Source: Muribaculaceae bacterium (GTDB lineage Bacteria; Bacteroidota; Bacteroidia; Bacteroidales; Muribaculaceae). Taken from it: a DNA stretch of 64,000 nt. The notes beneath the pieces are model-generated. The model saw only the letters and a list, made by a program, of their open reading frames with translations, was not told the origin of the DNA and made no database searches. The position numbers and the translations under genes are program-made. Positions 1 to 10,606 of the stretch are shown piece after piece (within the stretch, counting starts at the first letter, position 1; each line of letters opens with the position of its first letter). The stretch is from contig JAIDQZ010000041.1 in the NCBI GenBank assembly GCA_029062005.1, positions 946 to 64,945 of the forward strand. The letters run 5' to 3'.

Positions 1-1466
1 TCAGCAGCTATGCCACGACCTGTATCTCCGGAGGCAGTGCCGCTGAAAAGGATTTCACCGGTGGCGGCATCGTGGAGATCCCAACCATAAGGAGAAGCCT
101 CGTGAATGTCGTAGACCTGCAGACCCTCGCGACCCGGAATCATCTTGCCTAAATGAATTGCATCGCCGTGGCCGTAGCCTGTGGCATACAGCAATTTGCC
201 ATTGTCATCAATAGCACATGCGCCCCATACGATCTCGTCCTTGCCATCGCCGTCGACATCGCCGACGGTGAGATTATGGTTGCCGTTGGTATAGGCGGTG
301 CGGCTGCCTGCACCGCGAGTCGCCTCAGGGGGTGAATAGGTCTGAATGTTGCCGTCGCCATCGGTGACTGTGTACTGAGTTGCAGACTTAGCGGCATGCA
401 GCCAACGAGTGCTTAGTTTCTCGCCGTTAAAGTCAACTGCCCACAAGAAAGCGTAGTCGTAATAACCGCGGCACATCACAGCGCTGGGATTAGCGTCGGA
501 GCCATCGAGATATGCAACAGCTGCCAGGTAGCGCTCTCCACGGTTGCCGTAAGCCCCGGTATCGTTCTTGCCACCGGTTCCCCAGTTGAATGAGCCGGAA
601 GCTTCGCCGCCGAGACCTTGGTTACGGTTGGGGTTATAATATACGGTATGTATAGCTTTACCTGTCGGACCTTCAAACACGGTGAGCCATTCCTGACCGC
701 CGTCCACCCGACCACCTGAGTTGCGCCAATCCTTAGTGTTGCTCGCATTTTTTATGGCTGCGATATCAGCTACGCCGTTGACATATGCGCCGGTGCCGTC
801 TACGGAGCCGGGACCGGTCTTGCAAATCATCTCAGCCTTGCCATCGCCGTCAAAATCGTATACCATAAACTGAGTATAGTGGGCACCCGAACGGATGTTT
901 ATGCCTAAGTCAATACGCCACAGCAGAGTGCCATCAAATTCATAACAGTCGAGTATGGTGTTTCCGGTGTAGCCACCCTGAGAGTTATCCTTGGCGTTTG
1001 AAGGATACCATTTCACGATCAGCTCATAGTCTCCATCGCCATCCACATCGCCTACCGAGCAGTCGTTAGGGGTATAGTCGTATGTTTCCCCCGATGGTGT
1101 CGTGCCTCCATCAGGGCGATTGAGCTGCAGTTGTTGAGATCGTGACCATTTAAGAGGAGAAATCTCCTCGACCTCATTATCGCCGATCATGGCCTTGATG
1201 GTGTAGGTCTGGGTCATCTTGCCGCTGCCATCGCGATAATCAGTGGTTTTCGTTATGGGTTCTTTGTTGATTTTTTTGCCATCCCTATAGATGTCAAAGT
1301 ACATATCAGGACTGTCAGTGGAGAATGAACGCCAAGACAGATAGGGGGTGCGCCCATCCACCATTATAACTGCTCCGCGATTTAGTTTTTCAGGGAATTG
1401 CTGTGAGAAAGTCAGAGGAACCGACATCAAAGTTGCAATACCTGCAATGATTAGTTTCTTCATCAT
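1..1466 (-). CDS. Rhamnogalacturonan lyase, PL11 (YesW/YesX-like); 3' end runs off the window
   Basis: Manual minus-strand translation from ATG at 1466: signal peptide MMKKLIIAGIATLMSVPLTFSQ, then YTPNDCSVGDVDGDGDYELIVKWYPSNAKDNS, GINIRSGAHYTQFMVYDFDGDGKAE, GNHNLTVGDVDGDGKDEI and GHGDAIH, typical of PL11. Not in the ORF track because no stop lies in the window. Confidence 0.9.
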   Translation of the reverse strand, partial: MMKKLIIAGIATLMSVPLTFSQQFPEKLNRGAVIMVDGRTPYLSWRSFSTDSPDMYFDIYRDGKKINKEPITKTTDYRDGSGKMTQTYTIKAMIGDNEVEEISPLKWSRSQQLQLNRPDGGTTPSGETYDYTPNDCSVGDVDGDGDYELIVKWYPSNAKDNSQGGYTGNTILDCYEFDGTLLWRIDLGINIRSGAHYTQFMVYDFDGDGKAEMICKTGPGSVDGTGAYVNGVADIAAIKNASNTKDWRNSGGRVDGGQEWLTVFEGPTGKAIHTVYYNPNRNQGLGGEASGSFNWGTGGKNDTGAYGNRGERYLAAVAYLDGSDANPSAVMCRGYYDYAFLWAVDFNGEKLSTRWLHAAKSATQYTVTDGDGNIQTYSPPEATRGAGSRTAYTNGNHNLTVGDVDGDGKDEIVWGACAIDDNGKLLYATGYGHGDAIHLGKMIPGREGLQVYDIHEASPYGWDLHDAATGEILFSGTASGDTGRGIAA

Positions 1467-1777
1467 AAATTATGGAAAATAAGATTATCTGTATTTGTCG
1501 TATCGAAGTTGTTTAAACAACCTCATATGCGAACTACATATAAAAACCGGGGGTAAAATTATATTTTTTTTTTGAAATGAGCAAATAAAAATGGCTTAAC
1601 TTATTTATTAACTTATTTACGTGAAGAAAAATGCACTCGAAAAAATGACGAAATATTAAAGACCCATTTTTTATTATATGGGTCCTAAAATCGGACGGTT
1701 TGAGGCGGAGATATGAAAAAAAAATTGTAATTTTGCAAGATGTATGTAATGATGGCAGTAAGATAGTTTGAGAATCA

Positions 1778-3598
1778 ATGAAAAAAGAATATATCAGGAC
1801 AATAATCTCAGCCTTGTTAGTTGTGATGACAGGCTTTACAGGTATATTGGCATCCGGTGCCGGGAAGTCGGGCGGCGACAGGGCAAAAGCGCGGTATTAC
1901 TATGTGGAGGGAAGTGTTGCAATGGCTGAGGGAAGACCCTCGGAAGCATATGAGCTTATCAAGAAAGCCGCAATGACAGATCCCGACTATGCGGAAGCCA
2001 ATTACACCTATGCCTTGATGCGCATGACGCTGAGGAACGATACGCTGATGTCGCCTGCCGAAGTCGGGAAGTCCATATCATTGATGCGGGCGTATGTCGA
2101 CCGGTTTCCTGAGGAGACGGAAGAGGCTATGAACTATTCATTCCTTACAGCCCGTAACGGAGATCTTGACGAGGCTATACGGGTAGCGGAACGCAGTGAT
2201 TCCCTTGCATCTGATGTGAGTGTGATCCTGCTGCAGCTGGCGCAATATTATGCAGCAAAACAGAATTACGACAAGGCAATAAGCACACTTGAACGTTACG
2301 AAAGAATAGAGGGAAGTGATCCGGATATAGCATTGCGTAAATTCTCACTGATGTTCATGAAAGGCGACACCGCTGCTCTGCTCAAAGAAAGCGGCAGGCT
2401 CGTAAGAGAGCATCCGCTCAGCACGGAATTCATGCTGATCAGAGGAAATGCCATGGAGGCGCTTGATATGCCGGATTCAGCACTGGTGTGTTATCAGCGT
2501 GCGGAGGCGCTCGATCCGGATGACGGCAAGGTGAAACTGACGCTTGCCAACTATTATCTGCAGATGGGAGATTCCACGGCATATGATCAGAAGAGCCGTG
2601 AAGCGATACTGAGCGAGAATATCATGCTTGACGAGAAGCTTGAGATGATGAGGCGCTATATGCAGAATATCATTGCGGACACCACCGCTGATTCCCGCAG
2701 GGGAGCACGGCTGTTTGACGGACTACTGCTTCAGTATCCTCACGAACCTCAGGTGCTTGATCTCGGAGCTCAATATTCAGCGGCTGTCAATGACTATGTC
2801 CGCGCACAGGAACTGATGTCTTATGCCACAGATCTTGAACCGGAGAATCCTGATTACTGGTTAAGACTCGCTCATTTCTATTTCTCCGACAATAAATATA
2901 AGGAAGCGGTGGAAGTTTGCGAGAAGGCATTCGAAAAGCTTCCCGAAGCCTCTCAGGGACTGCTTCTCGTATATGGCTCCGCATCTTCGATGGAAGGAGA
3001 TTATGACAAGGCACGTCAGGCTTATCAGGGTATGCTTGACCTGGAACTACCCGGTGCCCTTCTAACCGACGACGCGCAGACAATACTTCAAAAGGCGGGC
3101 AAACTTTCTTACGAATCATTGATGAAAGTGGCGGATATATTCCAGATGACGGGAGATGGCAGTTTCAAAAGCGGTGACATAGAACGGTCGGCACAAGAAT
3201 ACGATGTGGTGATTACCCTTAATCCTCAGAATGCGATGGCACTCAATAACTATGCATATTATCTTGCCATCGGTGGTGGAGACCTTTCAAAGGCTGAGGA
3301 ATTGAGCCGTAAGGCTGTATTCGACCAACCCGACAATCCTACTTATCTCGATACTCTTGCATGGATATTATATCTGAAAGGTGAATATTCCGATGCTCTT
3401 GAGATTCAGGAAAAAGCCGTCGGCGAAATGAAATCCGATGAAGAATCAGCAGCTGAATTCTGGGATCATCTCGGAGATATACAGTTCAGGAACAATCAGA
3501 AGGAGAATGCCGTGGAAAGCTGGAAAAAAGCTCTCGATATAGATCCGGATAATAAGGATATCGCTGAAAAAGTCCGAAACAGGAATATAAAGGATTGA
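1778..3598 (+). CDS. Tetratricopeptide repeat protein, exported
   Basis: 606 aa, signal peptide, many TPR-like helices (ALNNYAYYLA, NPTYLDTLAWILY). Usual Bacteroidales neighbour of DUF4292 and EnvC. Confidence 0.85.
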   Translation: MKKEYIRTIISALLVVMTGFTGILASGAGKSGGDRAKARYYYVEGSVAMAEGRPSEAYELIKKAAMTDPDYAEANYTYALMRMTLRNDTLMSPAEVGKSISLMRAYVDRFPEETEEAMNYSFLTARNGDLDEAIRVAERSDSLASDVSVILLQLAQYYAAKQNYDKAISTLERYERIEGSDPDIALRKFSLMFMKGDTAALLKESGRLVREHPLSTEFMLIRGNAMEALDMPDSALVCYQRAEALDPDDGKVKLTLANYYLQMGDSTAYDQKSREAILSENIMLDEKLEMMRRYMQNIIADTTADSRRGARLFDGLLLQYPHEPQVLDLGAQYSAAVNDYVRAQELMSYATDLEPENPDYWLRLAHFYFSDNKYKEAVEVCEKAFEKLPEASQGLLLVYGSASSMEGDYDKARQAYQGMLDLELPGALLTDDAQTILQKAGKLSYESLMKVADIFQMTGDGSFKSGDIERSAQEYDVVITLNPQNAMALNNYAYYLAIGGGDLSKAEELSRKAVFDQPDNPTYLDTLAWILYLKGEYSDALEIQEKAVGEMKSDEESAAEFWDHLGDIQFRNNQKENAVESWKKALDIDPDNKDIAEKVRNRNIKD

Positions 3599-3652
3599 TC
3601 AGTGTATGCTGAGATACATGCATTTTGAGTCAGGACAAAAAATTGAATTCAG

Positions 3653-4516
3653 ATGATGATGAGAAATATTTTGACAGTTGTATTTGCGTTGCTGTTGTCT
3701 TTGGAGACGCTCGGACAGGGTGTGCCGGATTCGATATCGGTCTGTCCTCCGGAAGATACCCCGGAGGTTTCAGATCCGACAATGGACAGGGGAAGTGCGG
3801 CGCGGTTGATGTCTGCTGCGGAGATTGCTGTGGCGGCGGATACCATCATAGCCAATTACGATTCGGACTGGACGGATCTTTCCATGCAGGGCAGGCTGCA
3901 GTTTGACGGTCTCCCTATGCGTGTAAATGTAAAGATCTACATGAAGAGGGGTGAATCGATCATCATGTCAGCGCGAGCACCAATATTCGGAGAAGTGGCG
4001 CGAGTCGAGGTGAATCCGGATTCCATCGTATTAGTAAATAAGCATACGCGTACCTACAATTCGCAGCCATTCGGTTCGCTTGGTGTGGATACAAAAGCTT
4101 ATCTTAGTGATCTCCAGGATATCCTGTTAGGACAAGTGGCATTCCCGGGACATGGCAGGCTGACCCGCGATATCGCCCTTGATTCGCAGTGGATAGCCAT
4201 GCCTGAAGACAATTCGCTCATATACCCAAATCCGGAGATGCAGGTGTCGGGCACTGAATATGGTTTTGTGATGGACTCATCATGCTGGCAGTTGAACTCC
4301 TTTGTGCTGATGATCAAACCCGGAGTGGTTCTGGAGACAGGTTATCGTTATGGAAAGGAAGGGTGGACACTTACGCTGGATATTTCCCTTCCCAAGAAAA
4401 AGATGCATGGGGAGGTGGAGTTGTCCTATCCGGACTATAATCCGTCTCCTCTCGAATTCACCTCCCTGACCGGTAAATACCGCAAGGTAGATTTTAAGGA
4501 GCTGATGAAATTCTAA
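3653..4516 (+). CDS. DUF4292-like exported protein
   Basis: 287 aa, signal peptide, SARAPIFGEVARVEVNPDSIVLVNK segment; synteny between TPR and M23 genes. Confidence 0.7.
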   Translation: MMMRNILTVVFALLLSLETLGQGVPDSISVCPPEDTPEVSDPTMDRGSAARLMSAAEIAVAADTIIANYDSDWTDLSMQGRLQFDGLPMRVNVKIYMKRGESIIMSARAPIFGEVARVEVNPDSIVLVNKHTRTYNSQPFGSLGVDTKAYLSDLQDILLGQVAFPGHGRLTRDIALDSQWIAMPEDNSLIYPNPEMQVSGTEYGFVMDSSCWQLNSFVLMIKPGVVLETGYRYGKEGWTLTLDISLPKKKMHGEVELSYPDYNPSPLEFTSLTGKYRKVDFKELMKF

Positions 4517-4554
4517 TATAATGCAAAATTCGTAATTCAAAATTCATAATCGGA

Positions 4555-6297
4555 TTGATGAAGCGTTTCTCGTTAGGCAAAAATTATATGAGATTACTTG
4601 CCGCCCTGGTGGCAATGGTGATTATCGCGGGTGTTCCTGATTTTGGTGGAGCAGGTATCGTTTCGGCTCAGACCAAGACAGCATCGTCTAAGAAGAAAAA
4701 GACATCTTCTTCCACGTCGCAAAAAAAGAACGGTAACGGGCAGAAGAAGTCTTCACAGAGCCAGAAAAAAGCATCATCAGCGGGGAAGGGACAGACAACT
4801 GCTAAAAAGTCAACCGCCAAGAAGAACTCATCCTCTCCAAAATCGTCGGCTGAGGCAAAGCGTATGCAGGAGGCCGCTCAGCGGGAAATTCAGCAGACAA
4901 AAGAGAAACTCAGACTCAATGAGCAGGAAATAAAGACAGGTCTGTCTGACCTGAACCGCCTTTCTTCGGAAATAGCTGCGGGACGCACCCGTGTGCAAGG
5001 ATTGCAGAAAAAGGTGGAGTCACTTAATACAGAAATCACCTCCCTGAGTGAGGAGATTGCAGCCAATGAATCAGAGCTCAAGCTTATGCGTGATGAGTAT
5101 CTGAAGGCTGTGAAGAAGATGAGGCTTACGAAGAAAAGCCAGTCCGCACTCGCATTTGTTTTTGCTTCTGAAAATTTCAATCAGGCGATGCGAAGGATAA
5201 GATATATGCGGCAGTTCTCGGCATGGAAAGAACGCAAAAGCAGCGACATTGACAAGAAGATAAGTAAGCTCGCAAGTGAGCGTGAGAGCCTTGCCCGTGC
5301 AAAGGATGCACAGGCTGCAGCTCTCGGGCAGCTTACCAGATCACAGGCGCAGCTGGAGGAAAATCACCGTAAGCAGGAGACATTGGTGGCTAAGCTTCGT
5401 CAGAACGGCGATGCCCTGCAGGCTCATCTTGTCGCGAAACAGAATGAAGCTAACAGACTCAAGGAGACTATCTCCGCGCTTATTGCTCAGGAGCAGGCCA
5501 AGGCTGAAGCCGAGCGCAGGGCAAGGGAAAAAGCCGAGGCAGAACGGATTGCAAAGGAAAAAGCGGAGGCTGAACGCATAGCAGCGGAGAAGGCTGCTGC
5601 AGAAAAGGCAGCTGCGGAGCGTGCTGCAGCCGAAAAGAAAGATTCCGAAAAAGCGGTTCCTGCAAGGAAATCGGTCGATGGACCTTCATCAGAAAAGGCT
5701 GTAAAAGAAAAGAAGAGATCAGAAAACGAAAGAAAGAAAAACAGCGAGAAGTCGGCAAGAAAAAAGAACGACCGCAAGAAGCGGAAGCAGGAACCCGAAA
5801 AAGAACCCGAAAAAAGTGTCGGACCGACGCCGAGTGTAAGTCCTAAAACGGTTGAGAAGACAAGTACGACCCCTGCAGCAAATGTCAATTTCGCAAGTCT
5901 TCGCGGCAGTCTGCCCCGTCCGGTGGATGGCAGCTGGAGGATCACCAATCCGTTTGGACGCCATGCCATGCCTGAACTTCCCGAGGTGGAGTATGACAAT
6001 CCCGGTATCGATGCCGAGGTTGCAGTTGGATCTCCTGTCAAGTCGGTGTGCGGCGGAAAGGTGTCGGGAGTATATAAAGTTGCGGGATATGGCACTGTAG
6101 TGATCGTCTGCCACGGCGAATATTATACAGTATATGGCAATCTTGCATCCACAGATGTGGCGGCAGGCACTTCCGTAGGAGCCGGACAGAAGATAGGCAC
6201 CGCCGGGCATGATCCTGATGATGCCGGTCGTGGCTCGGTTCATTTCGAAGTCTGGAAAGGGCGGGAAAAGCAGAACCCCTCGTCCTGGCTGCGATGA
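4555..6297 (+). CDS. envC: Murein hydrolase activator EnvC family (coiled coil plus M23 domain)
   Basis: Long coiled coil, E/K/A-rich linker, C-terminal M23 fold (NPGIDAEV...VIVCHGEYYTVYGNL...VHFEVWKG). Confidence 0.8.
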   Translation: MMKRFSLGKNYMRLLAALVAMVIIAGVPDFGGAGIVSAQTKTASSKKKKTSSSTSQKKNGNGQKKSSQSQKKASSAGKGQTTAKKSTAKKNSSSPKSSAEAKRMQEAAQREIQQTKEKLRLNEQEIKTGLSDLNRLSSEIAAGRTRVQGLQKKVESLNTEITSLSEEIAANESELKLMRDEYLKAVKKMRLTKKSQSALAFVFASENFNQAMRRIRYMRQFSAWKERKSSDIDKKISKLASERESLARAKDAQAAALGQLTRSQAQLEENHRKQETLVAKLRQNGDALQAHLVAKQNEANRLKETISALIAQEQAKAEAERRAREKAEAERIAKEKAEAERIAAEKAAAEKAAAERAAAEKKDSEKAVPARKSVDGPSSEKAVKEKKRSENERKKNSEKSARKKNDRKKRKQEPEKEPEKSVGPTPSVSPKTVEKTSTTPAANVNFASLRGSLPRPVDGSWRITNPFGRHAMPELPEVEYDNPGIDAEVAVGSPVKSVCGGKVSGVYKVAGYGTVVIVCHGEYYTVYGNLASTDVAAGTSVGAGQKIGTAGHDPDDAGRGSVHFEVWKGREKQNPSSWLR

Positions 6298-6436
6298 TGA
6301 ATTGAAATCTTTGCACAGATTGTGGCGGCTCGTGTATTTTTATGAATTGTTTTTATTGAATTTTAAATTATTTTGGCATAAGATTTGGCTGTAAGGATAA
6401 AAAAATGTAAATTTGCATTTTTAACAGGAAAATCTT

Positions 6437-8266
6437 ATGGTAAATCAGTTGAGAAGTCAGGCTGTCACTGAAGGGAGGCGTATGGCGGGAGCCAGAGCCC
6501 TTTGGAGAGCCAACGGCATGAAGGAGGAACAATTCGGCAAGCCTATAATAGCAATTGTCAATTCGTTTACCCAATTTGTGCCAGGACATACGCATCTGCA
6601 TGAAATAGGGCAATTAATTAAGAAAGAAATAGAATCACTCGGCTGCTATGCTGCAGAATTCAATACTATCGCGATTGATGACGGTATAGCTATGGGGCAC
6701 GACGGCATGCTGTATTCGCTGCCCTCACGCGACCTGATAGCCGACTCGGTGGAATATATGGTCAATGCCCACAAGGCTGATGCAATGATCTGCATAAGCA
6801 ACTGTGACAAAATCACACCGGGTATGCTTATGGCTGCTATGCGCCTGAATATCCCTTCGCTTTTTGTATCGGGCGGCCCGATGGAGGCGGGACGGGTAGG
6901 AAACCGCAAGCTTGACCTCATCGATATAATGATCGACTCAGCAGATCCGTCGGTGACTGACAGCGAGGTGAATGAACTCGAACGGGAGGGGTGCCCTACG
7001 TGCGGCTCATGTTCCGGAATGTTTACCGCCAACTCCATGAACTCTCTCAACGAGGCTATCGGTCTTGCACTTCCGGGCAATGGAAGCGTGCTTGCCACCC
7101 ATGTCAATCGCATGAGGCTTTTTAAGGAAGCGGCGCGCATGATAGTGGAGAATGCATTTAAATATTATAGGGATGGAGATGACTCCGTGCTCCCGAGAAA
7201 TATCGCCACGAGGGAGGCGTTTCTAAATGCGATGTCGCTTGATATCGCGATGGGAGGAAGCACTAATACGGTGCTTCATCTTCTTGCCATCGCCAACGAG
7301 GGAAGAGTTGATTTTACTCTTGACGATATAGATGCCCTTTCCCGTAAGGTGCCCGTACTCTGCAAGGTTGCGCCTAACTCTCATTATCATATGGAAGATG
7401 TGAACCGGGCAGGCGGCATACTCTCCATTATGAAGCAACTTGCCGATAAGGGGCTTCTCGACACTTCCGTGAAGCGTGTGGACGGACTTTCGCTTTCAGA
7501 AGCAATTTCGCGTTTTGCGATAGGGGGAGAAAAATATGGAGAAGAAGCTGATATATTATGGCGTTCCGCTCCGGGACTTGTGCATACTACAGAGGCAGCC
7601 AGCCAGACGGCAATGTACCGTGATCTTGACACTGACAGGGGGAATGGCTGTATCCGCGACTATGAGCATGCCTATGTGAAGGATGGCGGACTTGCCGTGT
7701 TGAAAGGTAACATTGCCAAAGATGGATGCGTAGTCAAGACAGCCGGTGTGGACGAGAGCATATTCCGGTTCTCCGGTCCTGCCAAGGTATTTCAGAGCCA
7801 GGATCAGGCTGTAGAAGGTATACTTGGCGGCGAGGTGAAAAGCGGGGATGTGGTGGTCATCACATTCGAAGGTCCCAAAGGGGGGCCAGGCATGCAGGAG
7901 ATGCTTTATCCCACAAGCTATATAAAGAGTATGCATTTAGGAAAGGAATGCGCTTTGCTTACCGACGGACGTTTTTCCGGCGGTACGTCAGGTCTATCCA
8001 TAGGTCACATATCGCCTGAGGCGGCCGCCGGCGGGGAAATCGGACTTGTTCGCGATGGCGACATCATCGATATCGATATTCCGGCACGAAGCATCAATGT
8101 CAGACTTTCTGATGAAGATTTAGAGAAGCGCCGGGAAGAAGAAGCGTCTTTTGGGAAGGAAGCGTTCACTCCGCGCGGACGTGACCGAAAAGTGAGCCGT
8201 GCGCTTCGAGCATACGCGGCAAATGTCACTTCTGCCGACAAAGGTGGAGTGCGGTGTGATATTTAG
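6437..8266 (+). CDS. ilvD: Dihydroxy-acid dehydratase
   Basis: [51 protein letters not shown] motifs. Confidence 0.97.
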   Translation: MVNQLRSQAVTEGRRMAGARALWRANGMKEEQFGKPIIAIVNSFTQFVPGHTHLHEIGQLIKKEIESLGCYAAEFNTIAIDDGIAMGHDGMLYSLPSRDLIADSVEYMVNAHKADAMICISNCDKITPGMLMAAMRLNIPSLFVSGGPMEAGRVGNRKLDLIDIMIDSADPSVTDSEVNELEREGCPTCGSCSGMFTANSMNSLNEAIGLALPGNGSVLATHVNRMRLFKEAARMIVENAFKYYRDGDDSVLPRNIATREAFLNAMSLDIAMGGSTNTVLHLLAIANEGRVDFTLDDIDALSRKVPVLCKVAPNSHYHMEDVNRAGGILSIMKQLADKGLLDTSVKRVDGLSLSEAISRFAIGGEKYGEEADILWRSAPGLVHTTEAASQTAMYRDLDTDRGNGCIRDYEHAYVKDGGLAVLKGNIAKDGCVVKTAGVDESIFRFSGPAKVFQSQDQAVEGILGGEVKSGDVVVITFEGPKGGPGMQEMLYPTSYIKSMHLGKECALLTDGRFSGGTSGLSIGHISPEAAAGGEIGLVRDGDIIDIDIPARSINVRLSDEDLEKRREEEASFGKEAFTPRGRDRKVSRALRAYAANVTSADKGGVRCDI

Positions 8267-8306
8267 TTTCAACAAATAAACTTCCAAGCTATAAACAAGA
8301 AAAGAT

Positions 8307-10028
8307 ATGGAAGAAAAGATAACCGGTTCGGAGATATTGATCCGGGCTCTGGCAGACAATGGAGTCGAATGTATGTTCGGCTATCCCGGTGGTCAGATCA
8401 TGCCGGTCTATGACAAGATATTTGAGAATCCGTATGGGTTGCGACATTATCTTGCCCGACACGAACAGGGTGCCATCCATGCAGCCGAGGGTTATGCGCG
8501 GGCTACCGGACGCACGGGTGTCGTCATCACGACCTCCGGGCCCGGTGCAATGAATCTTCTGACCGGGCTTGCTGACGCCCTGATGGACAGCACTCCGCTT
8601 GTCGCGATTTCAGGACAGGTGGGATGCGGGATGCTCGGCAAGGATGCATTTCAGGAGAGTGATGTAATATCAAGTGTGCTTCCGGTCACAAAATGGGCGC
8701 TTCAGGTGAGGCGTCCCGAGGACATTGCCCCGGCAATCAGCCGAGCTTTTTACATTGCAAATTCCGGGCGTCCCGGTCCGGTTGTGATCGATCTTGCTCG
8801 TGACGCGCAGATCGGGATGGCTGTCTACGAAAAGCAGTCTCAACCCTTCATCCGCAGCTATGATTCAGATCCGCAGCCGGAAAAAGAGACAATCGAAAAG
8901 GCTGCCCGCCTTATTAACGAGTCTCAGCGTCCGCTTGTGCTCGCCGGGCATGGCGTCATGATATCAGGAGCTGAAAAAAATCTGGCAGAGCTTGCGGAGA
9001 AGGCGGACCTGCCTGTAGGATGCACCATGCTCGGACTTTCCGCCTTGCCGTCTGATCATCCGCAGTATGTCGGTATGCTTGGTATGCATGGTAATCTCGG
9101 ACCAAACATTAATACCAACCGGGCTGATCTGATTGTTGCTGTCGGGATGCGTTTTGACGACCGCGTCACCGGTGACGTGAAGAAATATGCTCCTGATGCC
9201 AGGATAATTCATATAGATATAGACGCAAGCGAGTTTGACAAGATGATAAAATGCGACCTGCATGTGCATTCCGATGCAGGAAAGGCGCTTGCCGCGCTCC
9301 TGCCTCTTGTAGAGACAGGGAGTCATAAAGAATGGCGTGCTTCTTTCGACCAGCACCGTAGGGTAGAGGAGGATCGTGTCATGGCAAGGGAATTGGGATG
9401 TGCTTCCGAAAAGCGGGGAATGCTCATGGGTGGAGTGATCAGAAAAGTGTGCGAGGCATTTGGAAATGATGCCGTCATTGTCACCGACGTAGGTCAGAAT
9501 CAGATGTTCGCGGTGAAATATTCCAGGTTTACAAGGACGCGTAGCCTGATTTCGTCAGGCGGACTCGGCACCATGGGTTATGGACTCCCTGCCGCCATAG
9601 GAGCCAAGATCGGGGTTCCTGACAGGACTGTGGTACTCTTTTGCGGAGATGGCGGACTTCAGATGACAATCGAGGAGCTTGGCATGATCATGGAGTACAA
9701 TGTCGGAGTGAAGATCGTATTGCTCAACAATAACTTTCTGGGAAATGTACGCCAGTGGCAGCACCTCTTTTATAAAGGCAGATACAGCTGCACCCCGATG
9801 GTGAATCCCGACTTCAGGATGCTTGCAGGCGCATATGGCATCGAGGCTTCCGATGTGGCAGACATATCGCAGCTTGATGCAGCGATCGCCGAAATGCGTG
9901 ACAGCCGGGGCGCATATCTGCTCAATGTCAATATCGATGAGACCGATATGGTGTTTCCCATGACCCCCGGCGGAAACGGGGTCGATGAGATACTTCTTAA
10001 TGAATCTGAATATTATAAACCGGTCTGA
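8307..10028 (+). CDS. ilvB: Acetolactate synthase large subunit
   Basis: FGYPGG, RHEQGAIHAAEGYAR, TSGPGA, GDGG ThDP motif...NN. Confidence 0.96.
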   Translation: MEEKITGSEILIRALADNGVECMFGYPGGQIMPVYDKIFENPYGLRHYLARHEQGAIHAAEGYARATGRTGVVITTSGPGAMNLLTGLADALMDSTPLVAISGQVGCGMLGKDAFQESDVISSVLPVTKWALQVRRPEDIAPAISRAFYIANSGRPGPVVIDLARDAQIGMAVYEKQSQPFIRSYDSDPQPEKETIEKAARLINESQRPLVLAGHGVMISGAEKNLAELAEKADLPVGCTMLGLSALPSDHPQYVGMLGMHGNLGPNINTNRADLIVAVGMRFDDRVTGDVKKYAPDARIIHIDIDASEFDKMIKCDLHVHSDAGKALAALLPLVETGSHKEWRASFDQHRRVEEDRVMARELGCASEKRGMLMGGVIRKVCEAFGNDAVIVTDVGQNQMFAVKYSRFTRTRSLISSGGLGTMGYGLPAAIGAKIGVPDRTVVLFCGDGGLQMTIEELGMIMEYNVGVKIVLLNNNFLGNVRQWQHLFYKGRYSCTPMVNPDFRMLAGAYGIEASDVADISQLDAAIAEMRDSRGAYLLNVNIDETDMVFPMTPGGNGVDEILLNESEYYKPV

Positions 10029-10032
10029 ATCT

Positions 10033-10569
10033 ATGGAAGAACAATTGTTTACTATTGCGGTCTATACCGAAAACAGAGTGACCCTTCTGCATCAGATATC
10101 CATGATATTCAGCCGCAGGTGTCTTAATATCGACAGCATGACTGTAAGTGCTTGTTCAATAGAGGGAGTGCATAAATTCACAATCACCTGCCGCTCCACG
10201 CGCCCGATGATGGAGCACGTGGTGAAGCAGATCGAGAAGCGCGTTGATGTGATAAAGGCTTTCGTGCTCACCGACGACGAGATCCTTTTTCAGGAAGTTG
10301 CCCTTTACAAGGTCCCTACCGAGAATGTGGTCAATACAGATATCGAGGAGATAGTGCGAAAGCATGGTGCCCGTGTTCTTGAGATTCATCCTGAATATAC
10401 AGTCTTTGAGAAGACCGGACACACTGATGAGATAAAGGAACTGTATGAGCATCTGAAACCCCTCGGCATACGGCAGTTTGTCAGGTCAGGCAGAATAGCC
10501 GTCACCCGGTCGTCACGTGAGTTCGTCGACGAGTTTCTTGAAAAGCGATCCGCGGACAGAGACAAATGA
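10033..10569 (+). CDS. ilvN: Acetolactate synthase small subunit
   Basis: ACT domain (ENRVTLLHQISMIFSRRCLNIDS), C-terminal VRSGRIAV. Start moved to the ATG at 10033. Confidence 0.92.
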   Translation: MEEQLFTIAVYTENRVTLLHQISMIFSRRCLNIDSMTVSACSIEGVHKFTITCRSTRPMMEHVVKQIEKRVDVIKAFVLTDDEILFQEVALYKVPTENVVNTDIEEIVRKHGARVLEIHPEYTVFEKTGHTDEIKELYEHLKPLGIRQFVRSGRIAVTRSSREFVDEFLEKRSADRDK

Positions 10570-10606
10570 TTCTCAATTCTGAATTTAAAATCTAAATTAT
10601 ATAGAC

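Noticed and set aside
6298-6436. Ile/Val/Leu attenuator upstream of ilvD
   Set aside because: No leader peptide with branched-chain codon runs and no terminator hairpin seen.
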